41,785 nucleotides of DNA from a virus (Duplodnaviria; Caudoviricetes): the IMG/VR virus record IMGVR_UViG_3300010376_000019, positions 1-41,785 of that record. One strand, 5' to 3'. Positions within the stretch are counted from its first letter, which is position 1, and the number at the start of each line of letters is the position of its first letter. The notes under the pieces were generated by a model, which saw nothing but the letters and a program-made list of their open reading frames with translations, was not told the DNA's origin and made no database searches. The translations under genes and the position numbers were made by a program. Positions 8,398-18,081 of the stretch are shown in pieces.

Positions 8398-9170
8398 ACG
8401 GCTACCAACCCCCCGCCCCAGCCACCCCGGCACGCGAGCAGGTGCAGCTCGGCAGCCGCATCGTCGAGCTGGCGCCCGACGACGCCGCGACCGTCCGCCA
8501 GGCATTCACCGATCTGGCGGGTGCCTATGGCTCGTCGCTTGACGAGCAGCGCCGCCAGCTCTTGCAATCGATCGGCACGCCGCAATGGAGCGCGCCGCCC
8601 GTCCGCGCGCCCGCCGAGCCCGAGATCGTCGCGATCCCCGATCCCGATCTGCTCTTCGCCAACAAAGACGCGTGGGCCGACAATCTGGGGCAGGCGCTCG
8701 AGGGGCGGCTCGCACGGGAGCGTCAGGCGCACGCGCAGCTCGTGCAAGGCGCGGTGGCGGCCGTCGATCAAGAGCTCCAGCGGCGCGATCTCCGGACGCA
8801 GGCGCAAGCCGTCCACGATCAGACGATGGAAGAGATGTTGGAGCGCCGGAAGCTCGGCGACCATCGGCGGATCGTGCAGACGATCTACAACGAGCAGTAT
8901 GGCAACCTGCAGCACCTTCCGCTCGGGATGGCGATCGATCAGATCGGCCAGCTCGCCGAAGACGAGATCGCCACCATCCGCGGCGAGCATCCCGTGCCGC
9001 ACGCCGAGCCGGAACCCGCCGCCGCGCAGACGACGCCGCCCGTCATGCTGCGGTCGGCGCGGCGGGCCGGCGCCAGCGCCGCGTCGGCCTCCGGGGGCCA
9101 TCAGCCGAAAACCATTTCCGATCTGATCCGCCATCGGCAGGCGGTGCTCTTGGGACATACGGCTGCATGA
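8394..9170 (+). CDS. Putative capsid scaffolding protein
   Basis: Q/E/A-rich coiled coil, Pro-rich linker and short C-terminal helix; immediately upstream of the capsid gene. Confidence 0.7.
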   Translation: MNGYQPPAPATPAREQVQLGSRIVELAPDDAATVRQAFTDLAGAYGSSLDEQRRQLLQSIGTPQWSAPPVRAPAEPEIVAIPDPDLLFANKDAWADNLGQALEGRLARERQAHAQLVQGAVAAVDQELQRRDLRTQAQAVHDQTMEEMLERRKLGDHRRIVQTIYNEQYGNLQHLPLGMAIDQIGQLAEDEIATIRGEHPVPHAEPEPAAAQTTPPVMLRSARRAGASAASASGGHQPKTISDLIRHRQAVLLGHTAA

Positions 9171-9202
9171 GCGACGGTTGAGGGGAATAGGAGAAAGCTA
9201 GT

Positions 9203-10165
9203 ATGCAAACTTGGAGCCAAGATACACCGAGCGGACCTTTTCGGAATCATTTCCTGAGCGAGGAGCTGTACGAAGCGAGCTTTGAAAAGGCCGAAGTCAT
9301 ACAGTGGGTCGAGCCGGTTGACGGATTTGGCAAGAAGAAGGGCGATACCGTCAACTTGTTCACCATGACGGGGCCGCCGGAATCGCCGACGAAGGGCATC
9401 CTGCAGGAAAACATCCGCATCCCCGAGACGGCCGTTGGCATCTCCGGCACGAGCTTCATCATCCAAGAATTTGGCGAAGCGGTGACGTGGACCAATGTCT
9501 ACGACGATTGGGCGAAGTATGACTTACCCGCCTTCGTCAAGAAGCGCTTGCGCGAGATCATGAAGCTGACGCTCGACGTCTCGGCGGGGGCCGCGTTCAA
9601 GACCGGGCTCATCACGTTCACGCCGACATCGGCGTCCGGCGTCACGATCGACACCACCGGGACGCCGTCCGTCGCCGCATCCGCCGCCGTCGGCATCGCG
9701 CATCTCCAGCTTGGCCGTGACTACGCGTATGGCACGCTCAAGATGCCGTACTTCGGCGAAGGCGACGCGTACATCGGCATTTTCAACTGGGCCGCCACGC
9801 GCTCGATCCGCGTCGATCCGCTCTTCAAAGAGTGGTACGTGCTCGGCAACCCGGAGAAGCTGCAGCGTGGCGAAATCGGGATGGTCGAGAACATCCGCGT
9901 GATCGAGACGAACCACGACACCGTGCTGCAAGTGACCACCGCCGCATCGACGAACATCGGCCAGGGCTTCATCTTCGGGGACGAAGCCGTCGCGTTCGCG
10001 GAAGCGCAGACGCCCGAGCTGCGCCTCAAGATCGCCGACGATTATGGTAGGAACCTAGGATGTGCGTGGTATGGACAGCTAGGTTTCGGGCTCTATCACC
10101 CCAACGCCAACCCGCGGGAAGCCCGCGTGCTGCGCGTCACGGGCAACAATTTCGCCACGCCGTAA
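9203..10165 (+). CDS. Major capsid protein (HK97 fold inferred)
   Basis: 320 aa with a strong AGGAG RBS; GKKKGDTV, GEIGMVENIRVIET and DDYGR...AWYG motifs seen in N4-gp56-like podoviral capsids. Confidence 0.85.
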   Translation: MQTWSQDTPSGPFRNHFLSEELYEASFEKAEVIQWVEPVDGFGKKKGDTVNLFTMTGPPESPTKGILQENIRIPETAVGISGTSFIIQEFGEAVTWTNVYDDWAKYDLPAFVKKRLREIMKLTLDVSAGAAFKTGLITFTPTSASGVTIDTTGTPSVAASAAVGIAHLQLGRDYAYGTLKMPYFGEGDAYIGIFNWAATRSIRVDPLFKEWYVLGNPEKLQRGEIGMVENIRVIETNHDTVLQVTTAASTNIGQGFIFGDEAVAFAEAQTPELRLKIADDYGRNLGCAWYGQLGFGLYHPNANPREARVLRVTGNNFATP

Positions 10166-10198
10166 CGCGGGCACAGAGATGGGGAAGGGGACCAGCCA

Positions 10199-10621
10199 AT
10201 GAGCATGGATGCAGGCACGTACACATGGAGCGTCCCGGCGAACGTCCAGGCGACGGATGGCGCCTTGGCGGGCGCGCTGACGCCCGCGGGCGATAAAGGC
10301 TTCTTCATCGCGACGGAAGGCGTCGATGTCGTCGAAGTCGGCGCGCTGATCGGCACCGTCACCGCCGCCAGCGCGCTCGTCTTCACCGCGGCCACGGCGC
10401 CGGCCATCGCGGGCAGTTACAGCGTGCAAGCGACGGTGACGGGCCCGGCGGCGGGGCTCCCCGCCGGGGGCTGTCTCAGGAAGTCGACCAAGATCCATCT
10501 GGACAAGGGCCAGGTGCTGCGCCTGTCGATCACGGGCGCCGTCGCCACGGGCACGGGCCAGCTCTACGCGAAGGTCTATCCGGCGGGCTCGCGCACGGCC
10601 GACGTCGTCAGCTCGACGTAA
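10199..10621 (+). CDS. Putative capsid decoration/cement protein
   Basis: A/G/T/V-rich beta protein directly after the capsid gene. Confidence 0.55.
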   Translation: MSMDAGTYTWSVPANVQATDGALAGALTPAGDKGFFIATEGVDVVEVGALIGTVTAASALVFTAATAPAIAGSYSVQATVTGPAAGLPAGGCLRKSTKIHLDKGQVLRLSITGAVATGTGQLYAKVYPAGSRTADVVSST

Positions 10622-10630
10622 GAGGGGCCG

Positions 10631-11011
10631 ATGGCGAACATCACCTTGGCAGAGATCACCTATAGCCAGGTCGATCGGCTGGTCGACGCGCCCGGGAAGA
10701 TCCGTCGCAATGTCCTGATCTCGTTTCCGACGGGCGCCAACGCGGGCACGAACAACGGCTACACCGCGGGCGGCGTGGCGCTCGACAAGGGGGCGCTCGG
10801 CTGTCCGCGGCGCGTGCAGCGCTTGGACGTGATCGGGATGACGCCCGTCGCGGGCGCGAACAATCCGGGCTGGATCTGGAACGCCGACGGCAACAATCCG
10901 AAGCTCGTCGCCATGGCGAACGCGGCTGCGGGCGGCGGCGATCAGGAAATGGCGGCAGCCACCGCGATCCCCGCAACGCAGGCACTCTACTGCGAAGTCG
11001 AAGGGTACTGA
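10631..11011 (+). CDS. Virion structural protein (hypothetical)
   Basis: GAGG RBS; YTAGG and C-terminal GY pattern of small structural proteins. Confidence 0.6.
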   Translation: MANITLAEITYSQVDRLVDAPGKIRRNVLISFPTGANAGTNNGYTAGGVALDKGALGCPRRVQRLDVIGMTPVAGANNPGWIWNADGNNPKLVAMANAAAGGGDQEMAAATAIPATQALYCEVEGY

Positions 11012-11446
11012 ATGATCCCCGTCTTGGAACCCGTCCACGTGCTCGAGCTCGATCGGGCGACGATGAAGATGGAGATCGCGCGGATCAATCCGACGCGCCA
11101 TTTCGCCCATATGAATCCGAGCGGCGCTGCGATCTATACCTGGCAAAATGGGAACTGGTTCGGCACGGGCGGCCAATGGATCGAGAACGTCGATGACGTC
11201 CCCGAAGAGTACCGGCAGACCATGGCCAGCGTGCCCATCGTCGTCAATGCGAGCGGCCCCGCCGTCGTCGCCGTCTGCGAATTCTGCGGCGCGAAGATGA
11301 ATCGCTCGGAGAAGGAAGCGCACCTGATCGAGCACGTCCGGAAAACGATGGCCGATGCCGGCAGCCCGCAGCCGGCGCCACAGCCGCCGGCGCCATTGTC
11401 CCCCCCCCCGCCGCCAACCCGCGAGCGCAGCAAAGCCGCCGCGTAA
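11012..11446 (+). CDS. Hypothetical protein with a C2H2-like zinc finger
   Basis: CEFC-x11-H-x3-H; Pro-rich tail. Confidence 0.65.
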   Translation: MIPVLEPVHVLELDRATMKMEIARINPTRHFAHMNPSGAAIYTWQNGNWFGTGGQWIENVDDVPEEYRQTMASVPIVVNASGPAVVAVCEFCGAKMNRSEKEAHLIEHVRKTMADAGSPQPAPQPPAPLSPPPPPTRERSKAAA

Positions 11447-11455
11447 CGGAGCCCC

Positions 11456-11833
11456 GTGGGAGTCACGGCCCGCGCAATCTTCCAGGGGCATATCGACGGG
11501 CTGACGGCGTCGTCGCTCACGCCGGAATCGGTGCCGATCGGCGCCGCCTGGGCGTTTGATCAAGCCATCGGCGAGATCGATGTGGCATCGTGGGCCGCCG
11601 GGACGACGCAGCTCGCCGTCCCGATCGGCACGACGATGCTCGTCGTGGTCCCGCCGTCGACAAATCTGACGCCGCTGATCTTCAAGGGGGCCGCCGGGGA
11701 TACCGGGATCCCCTACAGCCCGAATTGCGCCAGCGTCATCGCCTTCGCGTCGCCGCCGCAGGCGCCCAATCCGCCGGTTGTCTATGTGCAGCTGGCGGCC
11801 GCCGTGTCGGGCGTGCGGCTCTTCTGGCTCTGA
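11456..11833 (+). CDS. Hypothetical virion protein
   Basis: GGAG RBS before the GTG; beta-rich composition. Confidence 0.6.
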   Translation: MGVTARAIFQGHIDGLTASSLTPESVPIGAAWAFDQAIGEIDVASWAAGTTQLAVPIGTTMLVVVPPSTNLTPLIFKGAAGDTGIPYSPNCASVIAFASPPQAPNPPVVYVQLAAAVSGVRLFWL

Positions 11834-11843
11834 GCGGCCCGGC

Positions 11844-12872
11844 ATGAGCTACCTGGCGACGGCGGCCGATCTCAAGATCGACGGGCTGAATCTCGCAGGC
11901 GAACCAACCGATGGGACGTCGCAATATGACGCCTTCGCCTATGAGTGGCTGACCACCGTTCAGCGGGCGCTGATCTCGGGCGGCCAGTTCGGGCCGTCGC
12001 CGATCGAACCCTATGACTGGCTCTGGGCGCGCGCCTGGCCGCGGGGCACCATTCAGCTGACGCAGCCAGCGAACCAGAATTACACGGCGAGCCTGACCGT
12101 GACGATGGGGAGCCGGGCGGCCCGGGCGGTGCCGATGCTGCCCGATCCGTTCGATCTCTCGGGCTGGCGGATCCAGCAAGACGCGACGCCCGCCCGGCAT
12201 CTGATCAGCGTCAGCCAGCAAGATTACGGGAACAATCAAACCCTCATCACGCTGCAGGAACCATGGACAGGCGCCACCATGGCCACCTCGGCCTGGATGG
12301 CGTATCCCGATACCTACGAGCTGCCGACGGATTTTGTGCGGGGGCTCTCGCCGCTCTTCATCCAAGCCTATCCGAGCTTCGGACTCCCCTATACGATCGA
12401 CGTCTACGCCGACGCCAGCGATCTCGATCGCTATTATCCGCAAATCTGGCCGATGGGCGCCGGCCGCTCGACGGGCGGCTTACCGATCGCTGCGGCCCGC
12501 GTCGACGAGAGCAAGGTCCGGTTGTCCCATTTTCTGAACACGCCCGATACGCCCTATCCCGTGCAGATCGAGTTTGACTACATCCGCCGGCCGGATGTCT
12601 TCGCGGAAGGCAGCGTGCCGCCCATCCCGATCCAGCATCGGCGGGCGCTCTCGTACGGGCTCGCCTATCTGATCCTAGCCGACAAAGACGACAGCACGGC
12701 GGCGATGATCTGGCAGCAATTCCAGGCGCAGTTAAAGGCGATGGCCGACGAGTACCGGCGGACCCTGCGCCGGATGTCGACCCGCTGGGGCGTCGTGCAG
12801 CCGTCGCGCGTCACGGCGGCGTGGGGGCCGCCCTTGTGGACGACGGGCGGCCTGCCGGTGTGGAACTGGTAG
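11844..12872 (+). CDS. Putative head-tail adaptor protein
   Basis: ATG at 11844; YELPTDF and PPIPIQHRRALSYG patterns typical of podoviral adaptors; position. Confidence 0.65.
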   Translation: MSYLATAADLKIDGLNLAGEPTDGTSQYDAFAYEWLTTVQRALISGGQFGPSPIEPYDWLWARAWPRGTIQLTQPANQNYTASLTVTMGSRAARAVPMLPDPFDLSGWRIQQDATPARHLISVSQQDYGNNQTLITLQEPWTGATMATSAWMAYPDTYELPTDFVRGLSPLFIQAYPSFGLPYTIDVYADASDLDRYYPQIWPMGAGRSTGGLPIAAARVDESKVRLSHFLNTPDTPYPVQIEFDYIRRPDVFAEGSVPPIPIQHRRALSYGLAYLILADKDDSTAAMIWQQFQAQLKAMADEYRRTLRRMSTRWGVVQPSRVTAAWGPPLWTTGGLPVWNW

Positions 12873-15443
12873 ATGCCGCAGCAAGGGCAGCCTTTCTTCG
12901 TACCTTTCGGCTCTGCTGGAATGGTGGCTCACCCGAACCGCTGGCGGGCGACCCCCGGCGAGATGGTGCTCGCGCAAAACGTCACGCTCGAAAACGACTT
13001 AGTCAACAAAGAACCGGCGGCCACGTACTACGATCCGGACGGGATCGATCAGCTCGTCTTCACCGTCGCTTGGTCCCCGTATGCGCCGAGCGCGCCATCA
13101 CTCCAAACGGCGCTCTGGTACGATGCCCTGCCGACGACGACGATCATCGATCGCACCGTGCTGGCGGGCGTGGCGGGTCCGCTGCCGTCCCCGTGGACGC
13201 AGTCCGTCACCGCGGCGCTGCCCGCCCATGCCGTGCATGCCGTGCGCGTGACCTCGCTCGCCGGGGGGGCCAGCGCAGTGACGGATGCTCGCGGGACGGT
13301 CTACACGCTCGCCGCCGATCAGACGTATACCAGCGGCGGCTATACGCTCCGCGCGCAGCTCTGGATCGGGATTCTGGCCGGCGCGCTCGCTTTGAACGAT
13401 CTCGTCATCGTGACACCAGCGCCCAGTACGGCCAATGTCAACATGATCGGGACGGCGTTCGTCGGCATGCCACTCCCGTTGCGGCTGCGGTCGCAAGTGA
13501 CGGCATCGGCGCTCTCGACGAGTGGACTCGTCGCCAATGGGAATACGCAATCCTATCCCGTCGTCGGGATCGGCGTCGGGATGTCGACGGCCACCAACGT
13601 CAGCGTCGATTTTACGCAAGGCGGCTTCACGCTCGCCAGCAATGCGGTGCTGAATACGGGCGGCCATAGCCAGGCGAGTCTCACGATGCCCGTCAGCTGG
13701 GGCCCGACCAAGATCGTGACGCAGATCCAATGGACGCCGGATAGCACGTCCACCATCTCGGCAAGCCCGATCAGCGTGACGGCTGGCTCCAAGCAAGTGA
13801 CGGCCCCCGCCGCGCTCGTCAATGCCGTCCGGCCCGGCGACACGCTGATCATCGGCGGCGAGCAGCAAGTCATCAACGGGACGTGGGCCAATGGCGTCAC
13901 GACGATCGCACCGTGGGAAACGACGCAGACCGCCAGCGCCGCCACGCGCATTGCGGGCCCCGTCCTGGTGACCGCGCTGAACGACAATCGGACGGCACAG
14001 GGCTTTCTTCAAGTTGAGCAGCCCCTAGCCGGCAGCAATGGCGCCCATGGCCAGCTCGACTATCAGACGCTCGTCTCGAGTCTCGCCCAGGTCCGGCCCG
14101 GCCGGTTCGTCATCGGCGGCAAGGAAGTCGCGACGAATCTCCGGAAGCTCTTCTATCTCAACGCCGTCGATCCCGTGCAAGTGATGGCGGGGGATGCGAC
14201 GTCGGGGGCGGCCATCGCCAAGCCGGCGCTCGATTGGGGGACCGTCCGCGATTCGACGAAGCAACCGATCAACGGCATCGTCCATTCCGGGCCGGCGGGC
14301 CAGGATTCGCTCATCCTGTTTGGCAATCTGAACGATCCGCACCGGATCTACTTGTCGGTCCCGTCGAACCATGAGGATTTCCAGACGACGAATCTCGGCT
14401 CGTCGTCGACGATCAGCATGCGGCTGGCGTCCCATATCGGCCGCCGGCTCTTCGGCGCCGCCGAATTCCAAGGCGTGCTCTACTTCTGGAAGTATCCGGC
14501 GGGCATTTTCTATCTCGACGACACCGTCACGGATCGCACGCAATGGGGCTACCGCATCAAATCGACGGCGCTCGGCTGCGCGCCGAGCCCGCATGCCGTG
14601 CTGGCGACGGATGATGACGTGATCTTCTGCGATCCGCAGGGCCATTTTCATCTCTTGTCGGCGGTGGCGACGCTCGGCGGCACGCGGGATTCTGATATCA
14701 CGCGTGCGCTCGGGTTGCATAGCTGGACTATCGACACGGTTGATATAAAAGCGCTGAATACGCTCGTCTCCGCGTATGATTCACAGACGAAGACGGCGTG
14801 GTTCGGGCTCCGGAGCCTGCAGGCGCCCTCCAACAGCCCCGGCGATAACGATCTCGTCATCCGCTGGGACTTGAGCCAGATGCCATCTGGCGGCTCGCCG
14901 CGGATGACGACGTCGCGCGTCTGGACGCCGAATTCACTATGCGTGAAGCAGCGGAATTTCAACGGCCGCGCCAGCATGGTGATTGGCGAGTACGGCAACG
15001 CCTGGTTCGTCGAACCCCAGACCTACGGCCGGCGGACGAACTACGATTTCGTCGCGCAGGCGGATGCCCCGCAGGGCATCCCGATCCAGATCGATCTCCC
15101 TGAGCTCGAATGCGGCCAGCTCGGCTATACGGCGCTGGGCGCGTCCACGCAGCCGAATTTGGCGCGGCGCAAAGCCTTCCGGGCGATCGAGCTGGTGACG
15201 CAAGCATCACTCAATACCGGCGAAGTGCTGACGATCGCCATGGATGTGGACGGCGTGCAGCGCCAATCGCTCGGCTTCCCGCAGCTCGTGAACCGCCGCC
15301 GGCTGCAGACGCTCAAGGTCGGCGACGGCTATGCCTGCACGCCGCATCTCTCGACGGATGGCAGCGTCGTCGGCGATCTCCCGATCATCGGATTGATCGT
15401 CTACTTCGATCTGCTCGGGTCGGACAATTCGCGGAAGTCGTAA
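12873..15443 (+). CDS. Putative tail nozzle / tubular protein B-like beta-propeller protein
   Basis: 856 aa after the adaptor; RIYLS and LGCAPSPHAV...VIFCD propeller-like motifs. Confidence 0.65.
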   Translation: MPQQGQPFFVPFGSAGMVAHPNRWRATPGEMVLAQNVTLENDLVNKEPAATYYDPDGIDQLVFTVAWSPYAPSAPSLQTALWYDALPTTTIIDRTVLAGVAGPLPSPWTQSVTAALPAHAVHAVRVTSLAGGASAVTDARGTVYTLAADQTYTSGGYTLRAQLWIGILAGALALNDLVIVTPAPSTANVNMIGTAFVGMPLPLRLRSQVTASALSTSGLVANGNTQSYPVVGIGVGMSTATNVSVDFTQGGFTLASNAVLNTGGHSQASLTMPVSWGPTKIVTQIQWTPDSTSTISASPISVTAGSKQVTAPAALVNAVRPGDTLIIGGEQQVINGTWANGVTTIAPWETTQTASAATRIAGPVLVTALNDNRTAQGFLQVEQPLAGSNGAHGQLDYQTLVSSLAQVRPGRFVIGGKEVATNLRKLFYLNAVDPVQVMAGDATSGAAIAKPALDWGTVRDSTKQPINGIVHSGPAGQDSLILFGNLNDPHRIYLSVPSNHEDFQTTNLGSSSTISMRLASHIGRRLFGAAEFQGVLYFWKYPAGIFYLDDTVTDRTQWGYRIKSTALGCAPSPHAVLATDDDVIFCDPQGHFHLLSAVATLGGTRDSDITRALGLHSWTIDTVDIKALNTLVSAYDSQTKTAWFGLRSLQAPSNSPGDNDLVIRWDLSQMPSGGSPRMTTSRVWTPNSLCVKQRNFNGRASMVIGEYGNAWFVEPQTYGRRTNYDFVAQADAPQGIPIQIDLPELECGQLGYTALGASTQPNLARRKAFRAIELVTQASLNTGEVLTIAMDVDGVQRQSLGFPQLVNRRRLQTLKVGDGYACTPHLSTDGSVVGDLPIIGLIVYFDLLGSDNSRKS

Positions 15444-15446
15444 GCG

Positions 15447-17051
15447 ATGCCGCGCCCACTTTTTTCGCATGCGCTCGTCACGTCGACGCCGCCTGATATC
15501 CCGCCGGTGACCTCGAGCGTCGTCGGCGACGTCTTGACGGTGACGGGCACGGGGCCGAACGGCGCGCCGCGCATGAGCTGGCAAGCGCCATCGGGCGGTG
15601 GCGGCGGTGGGCTCCCGAGCGGCACCGTCCCCGCAGGCGATCTCGCCGGGTCGACGTATCCGAGCCCGGTCATTGCGACGGGGGCCGTCACGCGCGCGAA
15701 GACGGCGAGTGACTTGTGGCTGCCGCCGATCCCGAGTGGTGGCAACGTGGGCCAGGTGCTCGGCGTTACCTCAGGGCCGGCGCTCGCCTGGCAAGCGCCC
15801 CCCGTGGGACCGACGGGTCCGCAGGGGCCCGCAGGGCCCCAGGGGCCGACGGGCGCGACGGGGGCCACCGGGCCGCAAGGGCCAACGGGCGCCACGGGCG
15901 CGCAGGGGCCGCAGGGCAATCCGGGCACCACCGGCGCGACGGGGCCCGCGGGCCCGGGCGTGCCGACAGGCGGCACGACGGGGCAGCAGCTGCAGAAGAC
16001 GAGCGCGACGGACTACGCCACCGCCTGGGTGACGCCGCCGACGATCCCGACGACGCTGCCCCCGAGTGGCGCCGCAGGCGGCAGCTTGGCGGGCAGCTAT
16101 CCCAACCCGACAATCGCGGCGAGCGGTGTCACCGCGGCGACGTATGGCACGACGACGACGGTCCCGCAGCTCGCCATCGGTGCCGACGGCCGGGTGACGA
16201 CGGCGACGAGCGTGGCGATTGCCTTTCCCTCGAGCTTGCCACCGAGCGGGACGGCGTCGGGCGATCTCACCGGCACCTATCCCGGGCCGACGATTGCCGC
16301 GCTCGCCGTGACGAACGCGAAGATCAACGACGTCGCCTGGGCGAAGGTGACGGGCGCCCCGGCGACTTTCCCACCATCGGGGACAGCGGGGGGTGATCTC
16401 ACTGGCACGTATCCCAACCCCACCATTGGCCCCCTCAAGGTGACGACGGCCGCGCTTGCCGCGTTGGCCGTGACGGATGCCAAGGTGAATGACGTGGCGT
16501 GGGGGAAGATCACCGGGACGCCATCGAGCTTTCCACCGTCGGGCGCCGCATCGGGCGACTTGAGCGGCACCTATCCCAGCCCGACGGTGGCGAAGCTGAA
16601 TGGCGCGGCGCTCGGGACGACGACGCCGCTCGCGCGCGGCGATTTATTGGTGGCGAATGCCACGCCCGCACTCGCGCGCCTGGCGCTGGGCCCATCGGGC
16701 TACATCCTGCAATCCAACGGGACGGATGCCGTCTGGTCCGCGGCGCCGAGCGGGGCACCATCGGGACCGGCCGGGGGTTCATTGGCAGGAACGTATCCCA
16801 ACCCGAGCTTGAGCAGCACGGGCGTCGCGGCGGCGGCGTATGGCTCGGCCACGCAAATTCCGATCATCACCGTCAGCGCCGAAGGGCGCGTGACGGCCGC
16901 CAGCACCGCCGCCCTGGTGCCTGTCTCGATCGGCACCAGCGCGCCCGCCAGTCCGGTAGCCGGACAGCTCTGGTGGCGCTCCGATCTCGGGCAGTTGATG
17001 CTCTACTACAACGATGGGACGTCGTCGCAATGGGTGCCGACGTCGCCCTGA
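15447..17051 (+). CDS. Tail fibre with a collagen segment and repeated PSGxAxGDLxGxYPxPT units
   Basis: GxY run, six G(D/S)LxGxYPxP repeats, two YGxxTxxPxxxxxADGRVT-type repeats, C-terminal GQLWWRSD...YYNDG...QWV. Confidence 0.85.
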   Translation: MPRPLFSHALVTSTPPDIPPVTSSVVGDVLTVTGTGPNGAPRMSWQAPSGGGGGGLPSGTVPAGDLAGSTYPSPVIATGAVTRAKTASDLWLPPIPSGGNVGQVLGVTSGPALAWQAPPVGPTGPQGPAGPQGPTGATGATGPQGPTGATGAQGPQGNPGTTGATGPAGPGVPTGGTTGQQLQKTSATDYATAWVTPPTIPTTLPPSGAAGGSLAGSYPNPTIAASGVTAATYGTTTTVPQLAIGADGRVTTATSVAIAFPSSLPPSGTASGDLTGTYPGPTIAALAVTNAKINDVAWAKVTGAPATFPPSGTAGGDLTGTYPNPTIGPLKVTTAALAALAVTDAKVNDVAWGKITGTPSSFPPSGAASGDLSGTYPSPTVAKLNGAALGTTTPLARGDLLVANATPALARLALGPSGYILQSNGTDAVWSAAPSGAPSGPAGGSLAGTYPNPSLSSTGVAAAAYGSATQIPIITVSAEGRVTAASTAALVPVSIGTSAPASPVAGQLWWRSDLGQLMLYYNDGTSSQWVPTSP

Positions 17052-17060
17052 GCACGCGCG

Positions 17061-17273
17061 ATGCCAAAGCCACTCTTTCAGACGCCCGCTGCTTCGCCGA
17101 CGATCATCGTCCCGGCACCGAACATCACCGTCACGGGCGTCGCGACATTCATCGGGCCGCTCCCGCCGCCGTCGCCGACGGTCGGGCAATTCTGGTGGCG
17201 CTCCGACACGGGCCGACTCTTCATCTACTACGACGATGGGACATCGCAGCAATGGGTGCCGGCGACGGCATGA
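17061..17273 (+). CDS. Short fibre-adaptor protein
   Basis: N-terminus MPKPLF resembles MPRPLF of 15447; the C-terminal WWRSD...YYDDG...QWV module is shared. Confidence 0.75.
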   Translation: MPKPLFQTPAASPTIIVPAPNITVTGVATFIGPLPPPSPTVGQFWWRSDTGRLFIYYDDGTSQQWVPATA

Positions 17274-17285
17274 AGGGATCCTGAC

Positions 17286-18011
17286 ATGGCAGCCATCGAC
17301 TTCCCCAATCCGCCGCTCACCGTCGGGCAACAATTCACCTCAGCGACCGGAACCCTCTACACGTGGGACGGCGTCGCCTGGACGACGCAGCCAGCCGATA
17401 ACGTCTTCATCGGCCCCTCGGCGCCGTCGAATCCACCGACGGGCGATCTCTGGTGGCGCAGCGACCCGGATCAAAACCTCTACCTCTATTATGACGATGG
17501 GAATTCGAAACAATGGGTGAATGCGGTGCCATCGGTGTCGCGGCCGACGGGACCGGCGTCCGGTGACCTAACGGGGAGTTATCCAGGACCGACATTGGCG
17601 ACGGTCGGTGCTCATGCGACACGGACGGCGGCATTCACGGTGAATAGTGGGGCGGGACCCACCATCACCTTCGATGGGTCGCTGATCGTGCGGGCGAATG
17701 CATGGGTTGCAGGTACTCCGGACAGGATTTTCACGTCCGTTGCGGGGGCGTATCTCGCGTCCGCAATGGTGAATTGGAGTTTTAACGCGGCCGGGTATCG
17801 ACAATGTTTCATCCAGAACAAGGCAGCGACAACGCTCGCATCGAGTAACGTCGGCCCCGTGAGTGTCGCAAGCTTAAACACCCAGCAGGCGACGACCGTG
17901 ATTTTCAATGTCACCGATCCGACGGATTACGTCGTGCTCGTCGTCACGCAGAATAGTGGCTCTGCATTGACGGTTACGGCGTCGCTGACGCTCTGGCGTT
18001 TGGCGACATGA
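17286..18011 (+). CDS. Secondary tail fibre / receptor-binding protein
   Basis: N-terminal DFP...VGQ.FT...YTWDG..W module, WWRSD module and one GDL.G.YP repeat, then a lower-GC C-terminal beta domain. Confidence 0.75.
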   Translation: MAAIDFPNPPLTVGQQFTSATGTLYTWDGVAWTTQPADNVFIGPSAPSNPPTGDLWWRSDPDQNLYLYYDDGNSKQWVNAVPSVSRPTGPASGDLTGSYPGPTLATVGAHATRTAAFTVNSGAGPTITFDGSLIVRANAWVAGTPDRIFTSVAGAYLASAMVNWSFNAAGYRQCFIQNKAATTLASSNVGPVSVASLNTQQATTVIFNVTDPTDYVVLVVTQNSGSALTVTASLTLWRLAT

Positions 18012-18020
18012 GGTAGGCGA

Positions 18021-18077
18021 ATGGCAGCCCCCGATGGATTGAGAACGAAGCGCGCCGGCCGACTAGAAGGGAACTAG
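18021..18077 (+). pseudogene. Remnant mini-ORF MAAPDGLRTKRAGRLEGN (possible deleted fibre gene)
   Basis: GAGGT RBS; the start resembles MAAIDFP and MSAPDFP of the flanking fibre genes. Confidence 0.4.
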
Positions 18078-18081
18078 CGAG

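Noticed and set aside
11400-11409. C10 homopolymer as a phase-variation or frameshift site
   Set aside because: It encodes a poly-Pro tail near the end of the gene, and Pro-rich tails are common throughout this genome
10079-11845. Long antisense and alternate-frame ORFs (e.g. 588 aa here; also 4387-5862 and 38667-40226)
   Set aside because: These are Arg/Ala/Gly-rich shadow frames expected in high-GC DNA opposite well-supported genes
15600-16810. CRISPR array or DNA-level tandem repeat
   Set aside because: The repeats are degenerate at the DNA level and explained by peptide repeats in the tail fibre
16970-17520. Diversity-generating retroelement TR/VR pair
   Set aside because: The repeats are protein-coding modules, the differences are not adenine-specific, and I saw no reverse transcriptase in the genome
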